From NCBI GenBank assembly GCA_949841045.1, contig CATKXS010000004.1:8807-72806 (forward strand): a DNA stretch of 64,000 nucleotides, in the 5' to 3' direction. The notes under the pieces were generated by a model. That model had not been told where the DNA came from and searched no databases. It saw nothing but the letters and a program-made list of their open reading frames with translations. Positions 41,477 to 47,597 of this stretch are shown here, one piece after another (positions within the stretch are counted from its first letter, which is position 1; every line of letters starts with the position of its first letter). The DNA is from an uncultured Clostridia bacterium (GTDB taxonomy: Bacteria; Bacillota; Clostridia; Christensenellales; UBA1242). The position numbers and the translations under genes were made by a program.

Positions 41477-41572
41477 ATGCCTTTTACTACGGGCGGAAAT
41501 TCTGCCAAATACTTCGTGCTTGACGATATTTCCTACTACATAAAAATAGCACCCTACTTGCGCTTATCATAA
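41477..41572 (+). pseudogene. Possible remnant of a phosphotransferase (APH/choline-kinase fold) N-terminus
   Basis: MPFTTGGNSAKYFVLDDISYYIKIAPYLRLS resembles the Gly-loop plus Lys strand of such kinases (compare GMSPAKVYKLVGENENLYLKM). It is 31 aa only, with no SD. Confidence 0.25.
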
Positions 41573-41665
41573 ATATTAATAAAATATTTTAAAAAAATAA
41601 AAGAATTTTGTAAAATATTCATAAAATCATTTGCAATTTGTAAAATAATATGCTATACTACTCGT

Positions 41666-41741
41666 GAAATGCTTATAAGACGGCATTTCTCTTATGTAAT
41701 GAGACAATGCTTCTCCAAGACATCTAAGCATTGTCTTTTTT
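41666..41741 (+). ncRNA. Candidate sRNA 2 (~76 nt) with its own promoter and terminator
   Basis: TTGCAA-17-TATACT (41631..41659). Hairpin GAAATGC/GCATTTC. Terminator GACAATGCTT...AAGCATTGTC plus T6. Shares the 9-mer TCTTATGTA with sRNA 1. Confidence 0.45.
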
Positions 41742-41748
41742 ATTATTT

Positions 41749-41832
41749 AAGTGGACTAAAAGTGGATGCACTTTATACAAGGTAAATATTTTTTAAGCAA
41801 AGTGGATAAAAAATTGGACATTTTTGGACACA
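41749..41832 (+). repeat. Five same-orientation (A/T)(G/T)TGGA(C/T) repeats
   Basis: aAGTGGAC, aAGTGGAT, aAGTGGATAA (8/9 to the DnaA-box complement TGTGGATAA), ATTGGAC, TTTGGAC. Confidence 0.5.
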
Positions 41833-41867
41833 AAACAGACCGAATTGAGCCGAAAATGAGTGTTTTT

Positions 41868-41886
41868 GAAGTCGACGGATTTCACA
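41868..41886 (-). pseudogene. Fragment duplicating the tRNA-Tyr anticodon-stem/variable-arm segment
   Basis: 15-nt exact match GAAGTCGACGGATTT (41868..41882 = 42009..42023), with flanking similarity. Confidence 0.6.
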
Positions 41887-41974
41887 AATTTTGCCAATTT
41901 TTTAAAAACAAAAAATCGCTACTCCCCTTTATTTATAAGCAAAGCTTGCGTAAACTAAAGGGTTATAGCGGTTT

Positions 41975-42059
41975 TGGTGGGCAGGGATGGATTCGAACCA
42001 TCGAAGACGAAGTCGACGGATTTACAGTCCGTTGCATTTGGCCGCTCTGCAACCTACCC
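41975..42059 (-). tRNA. tRNA-Tyr (GTA)
   Basis: Cloverleaf by eye. Anticodon arm GGACT-GTA-AATCC, long variable arm, CCA encoded. Confidence 0.9.
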
Positions 42060-42090
42060 ATAAATTAAAAGCACCCTTAAGGTGCTTTAC

Positions 42091-42165
42091 TGGAGCTGGT
42101 GAAAGGAATCGAACCTTCAACCTGCTGATTACAAGTCAGCTGCTCTACCATTGAGCCACACCAGC
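42091..42165 (-). tRNA. tRNA-Thr (TGT)
   Basis: Acceptor GCTGGTG/CACCAGC. Anticodon arm GCTGA-CTTGTAA-TCAGC. CCA encoded. Confidence 0.9.
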
Positions 42166-42372
42166 ATAAGTGAACCTTATTTTGTTCACATATTGTGTCC
42201 TAAGTAGTTTGTTACCTTAAATCACATTTTGCAACCATCTAGATTGCAATCAGTGCTTCAAGGCGGAATTAAACCTAAAATGGCAATTCCCCTTATGCAC
42301 ACTTTGGTGCCCTAAGGTGAAGCCCTCTCTTTCAAGAGATTTAAACGGTTCTTGTTCACCTTGCGCACTTTT
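42166..42372 (-). other. 207-nt structured spacer inside the tRNA operon, containing a duplicate of the tRNA-Phe 3' end
   Basis: 17-nt direct repeat TTTGGTGCCCTAAGGTG at 42303..42319 and 42371..42387. There are two related hairpins: GTGCGCAAGGTGAA...TTCACCTTAGGGCAC(CA) and GTGCATAAGGGGAATT...AATTCCGCCTTGAAGCAC. Confidence 0.6.
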
Positions 42373-42448
42373 TGGTGCCCTAAGGTGGAATCGAACCACC
42401 GACACAAGGATTTTCAGTCCTTTGCTCTACCGACTGAGCTATCAGGGC
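42373..42448 (-). tRNA. tRNA-Phe (GAA)
   Basis: Acceptor GCCCTGA/TTAGGGC. Anticodon arm AAGGA-CTGAAAA-TCCTT. CCA encoded. Confidence 0.9.
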
Positions 42449-42497
42449 ATAAATCTGTTTTTTCAAACAAATTTAATCAATTTAACCCATAGGGTTA

Positions 42498-42574
42498 TGG
42501 CGACTCGAATGGGGCTCGAACCCACGACCTCCAGCGTGACAGGCTGGCGTTCTAACCAACTGAACTACCGAGCC
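42498..42574 (-). tRNA. tRNA-Asp (GTC)
   Basis: Anticodon arm CCAGC-CTGTCAC-GCTGG, discriminator G, CCA encoded. Confidence 0.9.
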
Positions 42575-42617
42575 ACATATGAAAATATGTGATAATGTTT
42601 TTCTTCTAATAAGAAGA

Positions 42618-42694
42618 TGGTGGGCCTTCAGGGACTCGAACCCCGGACCGACCGGTTATGAGCCGGTTGCTCTAACCAACTGAGCTAAAGGCCC
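42618..42694 (-). tRNA. tRNA with CAT anticodon (elongator Met or, more likely from the Ile-like body, lysidine tRNA-Ile2)
   Basis: Acceptor GGGCCTT/AAGGCCC is fully paired, so it is not an initiator. Anticodon arm ACCGG-CTCATAA-CCGGT. Confidence 0.85.
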
Positions 42695-42713
42695 ATTGGC
42701 AAACTTGCGTTAC

Positions 42714-42789
42714 TGGTCGGGGTGGAGGGTCTCGAACCCCCGACCTCATGGTCCCAAACCACGCGCTCTACCAACTGAGCCACACCCCG
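42714..42789 (-). tRNA. tRNA-Pro (TGG)
   Basis: Acceptor CGGGGTG/CACCCCG. Anticodon loop TTTGGGA with G37. Confidence 0.9.
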
Positions 42790-42808
42790 CCAACAAGTTT
42801 GCAATGCT

Positions 42809-42837
42809 ATTTTAATATATTCTTTGACAGATGTCAA
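42809..42837 (-). promoter_or_regulatory. Sigma-A promoter TTGACA-17-TAAAAT of the 6-tRNA operon
   Basis: TTGACA at 42837..42832 and TAAAAT at 42814..42809, with an A/T-rich upstream region. About 20 nt before tRNA-Pro. Confidence 0.6.
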
Positions 42838-42894
42838 GAAAAATCTCAAAATTTTTTATAAAATTGTAAAAATTTTAAAGATACATAGGTTAAA

Positions 42895-43644
42895 TTAGCC
42901 TTCATTATCACCATTTGAATAAAAATCAAACGCTTTCATGATTTCACTTAAATCTTCAGTTGGATTAACAGCTTCTTTTAAATCAAACCCTGAATTCACA
43001 GGTTTTCTTACTAATGGCTCTTCTGGTTTAGAATTCAAGAATTTATCAACTAGATTATCATACTTATCATCTTCGTTAAGTTGCATCTCGGTAACCGGCT
43101 TTATAAGAGAGGTTCTCTCCTTACTGTCAGTTCTTTCTATCTTAACTTCCTTCACCTCTTTTGGCAAAGTATCTTGAACCTTTTTCCCCTGCATCTTACT
43201 TAAAAGAAGCCTCATCGGGTCATTAGTTGTGCCTGTTTCAACAACTTCATCAACTTTTTCTTGAGTACTTGCTAAGATAATTTCAATTTCGTTTACAAGT
43301 TTTTTATAAGAGTTGTTAAGAAGAACACCAGGACATTTATTATTGAGTTCAACCAAAAATGCTTGCAAGTGATTGTAAACCATTTTAAGCTGTTCACCCC
43401 GCAATATATCTATATTCCTATTACCCTCGTTTTGTGCTTTACGATAGGTTTCCAAAACATTCAAAATATTCTTTTCTCGATTTTCGATTTCTTGGGCTTT
43501 ATTTTTTATTTCAAGAACTTTTCTTTCGGCATCAAGAACTTTAAGTTTCTCTTCCATTAAAGCTTTTTCATGTTCAGTTTTAAGAGAATCTATAAATTTA
43601 TCAACCTCTTCTTTTTTGTAACCATAAATGTCCGAAGAAAACAT
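42895..43644 (-). CDS. DivIVA-domain protein
   Basis: N-terminal FSSDIYGYKKEEVDKFIDSL followed by a coiled coil. Confidence 0.75.
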   Translation of the reverse strand: MFSSDIYGYKKEEVDKFIDSLKTEHEKALMEEKLKVLDAERKVLEIKNKAQEIENREKNILNVLETYRKAQNEGNRNIDILRGEQLKMVYNHLQAFLVELNNKCPGVLLNNSYKKLVNEIEIILASTQEKVDEVVETGTTNDPMRLLLSKMQGKKVQDTLPKEVKEVKIERTDSKERTSLIKPVTEMQLNEDDKYDNLVDKFLNSKPEEPLVRKPVNSGFDLKEAVNPTEDLSEIMKAFDFYSNGDNEG

Positions 43645-43652
43645 ATCAACTC

Positions 43653-44141
43653 CTATTTTAATGTAAAAAATCTTATAACTAATAATAGCACACCCGCTGC
43701 TACAAATGCAAGAAAAATCGCGATTGAAATGATATTTATTAAGTATAATAAAAGACCTATTGCCACGAAAAATAGCGAGAAAGCAAGAAATAATTGATAT
43801 GGTTGTTTATAAAAGTAAAAAGTAAAAACAGATGCAAAAGAAAACGCAATCAAAATAAACACAGGATAAAGATATTGAATATTTAATAACAATGTATATG
43901 GATAAAATAGACCAATCAAAAATAGAATAACACCAAAATAGCAAGCTGAGTCATACTTAAACAAAAAACTCTTAAATATCAAATGACATCCAACGCAAAA
44001 ACAGAAAATAAAAAACCATAGATTATATTCATGAAAGATGCCGGCCGATATTGCACTGCCGAAAACAAATAAAAAGCTGTTTATAATAATTGAAATAATA
44101 AGCCAAGTCGACTTTCTAACCCAAAACCATCTACCACTCAT
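43653..44141 (-). CDS. Polytopic membrane protein, unknown function
   Basis: Five or more hydrophobic helices and no known motif. Confidence 0.5.
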   Translation of the reverse strand: MSGRWFWVRKSTWLIISIIINSFLFVFGSAISAGIFHEYNLWFFIFCFCVGCHLIFKSFLFKYDSACYFGVILFLIGLFYPYTLLLNIQYLYPVFILIAFSFASVFTFYFYKQPYQLFLAFSLFFVAIGLLLYLINIISIAIFLAFVAAGVLLLVIRFFTLK

Positions 44142-44242
44142 ATAAATATTATTTCTTTCTTAACAATGTTTATTCGATATTATCTTGATGATTTTTGTCG
44201 TCTTGTGAAGGTTTATCCTCCTGCTTTTTAGACTTTTCAGCT

Positions 44243-45121
44243 TTATTCTTTTTTTGATTTTTTATTCTCAGTGCTTATTAAATTAAACTCATACTGAGGT
44301 TTAAGTTCATTGAGCGATTTAATTTTGCCTTTCTTGTGCAGAAAATAACTCGCAATTATAAAACATATTCCGAACGCAATAAGGAGAATTGATAAGAACT
44401 GAGACACTCTCATCACCCCAATATATAAACTATCCATTCTTAAAGCTTCAATCCAAGCTCTTCCAGTGCCATAAATAATCATATAGAAACACATAAGTGA
44501 GCCTCTAAACTTAAGTTTATTTTTTCTAAGAAGAATCATTAATATTGCAAAAGTTACAAAATTCCAAAGGCTCTCATAGAAGAATGTCGCAAGGTGCCAG
44601 CCACCTCCTCCACACATACATCCCGCCTGATGGCAGTCCTCTATATATACGCCCGCAGGAAACCAACGTAGTGCCGGATTTTCTATATATAAGCCAAATG
44701 CCTCTTGATTAATAAAATTGCCCCAGCGACCTATTGCTTGCCCTAAAATCAAACTTGGCACAATAACGTCTGCCAAATCTAAAAAATTTTTTTTATGGAT
44801 AAGACAATAAAGAGCTGTACCAATTGCTCCGCCTATTACACCGCCATATATAGCCATTCCGCCCTTCCAGATTTCAAAAACCTGCCAAAAACTAGTAAAA
44901 CTATCTAGGCTAAATAATACATAATAAATCCTTGCACCAATAATTGCCAAAGGCAAAGCATAACAAGCAGCGATTATCAAATCGTCTGTTTTAAGACCTC
45001 TAAATTTTGCATTTTTGCAGGCTACATATACACCTAAAGCCATTCCTATAGCAATAATAAGGCCATAATAAGCTATATCTAAACCAAAAATTTTAAAGTA
45101 TTTATCATAAAATCCAAACAT
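44243..45121 (-). CDS. lgt: Phosphatidylglycerol--prolipoprotein diacylglyceryl transferase
   Basis: GRWGNFINQEAFG Lgt signature. The start at 45121 (MFGFYDKYF) is preferred; the ORF-track extension to 45289 reads through the 42-bp repeats. Confidence 0.9.
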   Translation of the reverse strand: MFGFYDKYFKIFGLDIAYYGLIIAIGMALGVYVACKNAKFRGLKTDDLIIAACYALPLAIIGARIYYVLFSLDSFTSFWQVFEIWKGGMAIYGGVIGGAIGTALYCLIHKKNFLDLADVIVPSLILGQAIGRWGNFINQEAFGLYIENPALRWFPAGVYIEDCHQAGCMCGGGGWHLATFFYESLWNFVTFAILMILLRKNKLKFRGSLMCFYMIIYGTGRAWIEALRMDSLYIGVMRVSQFLSILLIAFGICFIIASYFLHKKGKIKSLNELKPQYEFNLISTENKKSKKE

Positions 45122-45127
45122 ATCAAC

Positions 45128-45156
45128 ATGATAACACCTTACTCTTTTCTTGTCAA
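45128..45156 (-). promoter_or_regulatory. Sigma-A promoter TTGACA-17-TATCAT ending 6 nt before the lgt ATG (leaderless candidate)
   Basis: TTGACA at 45156..45151, TATCAT at 45133..45128, then gttgatATG. Confidence 0.5.
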
Positions 45157-45167
45157 ATGAATTATAA

Positions 45168-45251
45168 GAAAACGTTCGATAAATCTCACGTTGTTCTTGC
45201 GTATCTAAAGAAAACGTTCGATAAATCTCACGTTGTTCTTGTTTATCTAAA
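45168..45251 (-). repeat. Two tandem 42-bp units of the repeat family, 11 nt upstream of the lgt -35
   Basis: Gene-sense TTTAGATAAACAAGAACAACGTGAGATTTATCGAACGTTTTC (45251..45210) and TTTAGATACGCAAGAACAACGTGAGATTTATCGAACGTTTTC (45209..45168). Confidence 0.85.
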
Positions 45252-45382
45252 CAAAAAACAAATCGCCTTCTAGAGCCGTTATAACTCACCCTTGCGATTT
45301 GTTTTTAGTAAAGAGCCATTGCCACTTTACAATATTATAATGTTCAATTTTTGTTAATTTATACATATTTAAACAAAATCAA

Positions 45383-46510
45383 TTAAATCTTTTTGCTTAT
45401 CTTTAAAATGTCATTGGTAATAAACTTATCATCAAGGTCGCTTTCATTATAACACATAACAATAGTACCACTTGGACCATCTTTAAATGATTTAGCAAAA
45501 GATAATAATTTTTGCGCAATAATAATTGACTTTGTCGTATGTTGTCCGTTTACCTGCTCTTCTGCAAAATATTCATCCAAACACCTTAAAACATCAATTA
45601 TGTCTGGAATAAAGATGACAACATCTTTGCCCTTTTCAAGTAGATTATTAGAATACACAATAGCATCTATAATCTTGTTAAAACTTTCCAAATTGTCTGA
45701 ACCATAGACAGTTGTAAAGTTGTCTTGAACTCCAATATTTTTAAGTTTTATTTGATTTTCAAAAGAAGTATTTACGCCAAGCGCAATAAAATGCAATTTA
45801 TTTTCATTACATTTATTATAAAATTTATCTAAAATGTTATTTTCATAAAGGTCTTCTTTAAGAAGATAGACATTCCTTCTTCCTAACTTAACTTCACCCT
45901 CGTCAAAAGGAAGCGCTCTGTCATCAATAATTTCTTCGCCATATGCACGCGAGTTATTTTTATAATCCTGAGCTGGGAGACTGTTTATTTCAATAATGTT
46001 AAGAACTACATAGCCATTTTGACCTGATAATTTTTTTGCCTCAACAGTCACCCTATCTCCAGATGACAACTCACCATAGTAATCTACATCACTTGGAATA
46101 AATATTGTCTCATAAGATTTAAAATCAAACATTCTTGTTGTATCTTTAATCTTTCTTACGATACCTTCAAAGAAAAAGGTTTTATCATTAATAATACCAA
46201 AGTCAACAACTTCATCTTGATTAAATCTAACCACAGATTCAAAATCTAACCTTTCAATTTTGTCAGGGCTAATCTTGTTAGTAATTGTATCTAGTATATT
46301 CAGTTTTTTAAATGGTCTTCCCCTTTTTTGCATATTTTCTTCAGTTGTTTTGCCATTTCTTGTGGCTTCTAAAATGAGACTAATGAGCTCATCTCTCTTT
46401 TTTGTTGTTGGAGAAGGCACGCCAAGTTGCCTTGCAACCCCTCGAAGTTCAAAAACTCCAAGTTCTCTAACAAAACTTTCTTTTTGTTTTTCATCATTTT
46501 CGTTCATCAT
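45383..46510 (-). CDS. Rho-like protein (Rho_N plus OB-like segment plus RecA-like region lacking ATPase motifs)
   Basis: LRGVARQLGVPSPTTKKRDELISLILEA matches the Rho N-terminal helix bundle. The C-terminal half is colinear with the Rho ATPase core but has no Walker A or B. Start at 46510 (aggagaaattATGATG). Confidence 0.5.
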   Translation of the reverse strand: MMNENDEKQKESFVRELGVFELRGVARQLGVPSPTTKKRDELISLILEATRNGKTTEENMQKRGRPFKKLNILDTITNKISPDKIERLDFESVVRFNQDEVVDFGIINDKTFFFEGIVRKIKDTTRMFDFKSYETIFIPSDVDYYGELSSGDRVTVEAKKLSGQNGYVVLNIIEINSLPAQDYKNNSRAYGEEIIDDRALPFDEGEVKLGRRNVYLLKEDLYENNILDKFYNKCNENKLHFIALGVNTSFENQIKLKNIGVQDNFTTVYGSDNLESFNKIIDAIVYSNNLLEKGKDVVIFIPDIIDVLRCLDEYFAEEQVNGQHTTKSIIIAQKLLSFAKSFKDGPSGTIVMCYNESDLDDKFITNDILKISKKI

Positions 46511-46580
46511 AATTTCTCCTAAGTTAAATAAATTTAACAATATGATTTTAAGTTAGTATACCGCATTTTGTCAACTATTT

Positions 46581-47570
46581 TCACCAAATAGGGATAAAAT
46601 TCGTTAAAATTCCAACAAATATTCCCAATAAGAACAATAAAATGGTGATAAAAATATTCATTCCCAGTTTTTTATAATTGCAAGTAAAAAGAACTATCAA
46701 GCCAACTCCTGCTCCAACACTTAGGCCTGCTATGAGAGCTGGGAACAGAATAACCCCTTCCATAAACATTTCAACTAAAAATACAGAAGATGCACAATTT
46801 GGAATAAGTCCTATAACACTTGCAAGTAAAATCTGCAAATAAACGTTTGAGGTAAATATACTTTTAAGCGGGTCAAGACCACCACAATAACCTCTTATTA
46901 AATTAATTATAAGAGTAGCCACAAATACATAAGCAAGAATAATAACTGTATGTTTTAAAGCATCTAAAAATATATTTGTAGCACAGCAATGGGAATGGTT
47001 ATGTTCATGCCCACCTTCCGCTTCATCATCATGATTACATTCATGTTTATGATTATGTCCCTCCAAAGAGTTCAAATCATTTAATATTTCTCCACCCTCA
47101 TATGTTATTTCATGCCCGTCATGACAATGTCTATCGTGAAACTCTTTTTGTACTTGTTTTTTTCTTGTAAAGAGTTTGATAATTCCATCAATTAAATATC
47201 CTACAATTATTCCATAAACAATTTTAATTGCCATTAAAATAAGAAGTTTTGGAATAAATTCCGGTTTAGAAATCATAAGAGGAATTGCTTCATCACTTGT
47301 TGCAATAAAAACTGCAATAAGCGTTCCCAAGGTGACAATCTTTCTTGAATAAAGATTGCTCATTACTGACGAAAAGCCACATTGTGGAACACTTCCTAAA
47401 AAAGCGCCTATTACAGGACCCGCTTTATTTGTACGATGAAGAATTTTAGAATATTTTTCATTATCGTTATGAGAAAAATAACTTACTAATAAATATGTTA
47501 GGTAAAGAAAAGGCAAAATAAGTAAAGAATCTATTAGAGCGTCTAATAGAGCATCAAAAAATATCTGCAT
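46581..47570 (-). CDS. ArsP_2-like 10-TM permease (putative metal transporter) with His/Cys-rich loop
   Basis: GSVPQCGFSSVMSNLY...GTLIAVFIATSDEAIPLMIS family pattern. Loop HDRHCHDGHE...GHNHKHECNHDDEAEGGHEHNHSHCC. Confidence 0.6.
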   Translation of the reverse strand: MQIFFDALLDALIDSLLILPFLYLTYLLVSYFSHNDNEKYSKILHRTNKAGPVIGAFLGSVPQCGFSSVMSNLYSRKIVTLGTLIAVFIATSDEAIPLMISKPEFIPKLLILMAIKIVYGIIVGYLIDGIIKLFTRKKQVQKEFHDRHCHDGHEITYEGGEILNDLNSLEGHNHKHECNHDDEAEGGHEHNHSHCCATNIFLDALKHTVIILAYVFVATLIINLIRGYCGGLDPLKSIFTSNVYLQILLASVIGLIPNCASSVFLVEMFMEGVILFPALIAGLSVGAGVGLIVLFTCNYKKLGMNIFITILLFLLGIFVGILTNFIPIW

Positions 47571-47597
47571 TTTCCCGTCCTTTTATAATTTTAAGAT

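Noticed and set aside
41749-41832. Replication origin (oriC) suggested by DnaA-box-like repeats.
   Set aside because: Only one box is within 1 mismatch of TTATCCACA. No dnaA or dnaN is nearby. Gene orientation does not switch here, as minus-strand genes continue on both sides.
42303-42448. Integrated mobile element or genomic island at tRNA-Phe, suggested by the 17-nt direct repeat of the tRNA 3' end.
   Set aside because: The repeats are only 68 bp apart and no integrase or cargo lies between or beside them. At most it is a scar, and it is reported as a finding rather than as a mobile element.
41766-42592. ORF-track entries 41766..42068, 42317..42592, 7162..7371, 57446..57640, 57816..58028 and 57873..58064.
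   Set aside because: They overlap tRNA genes on either strand and are artefacts of translating structured RNA genes.
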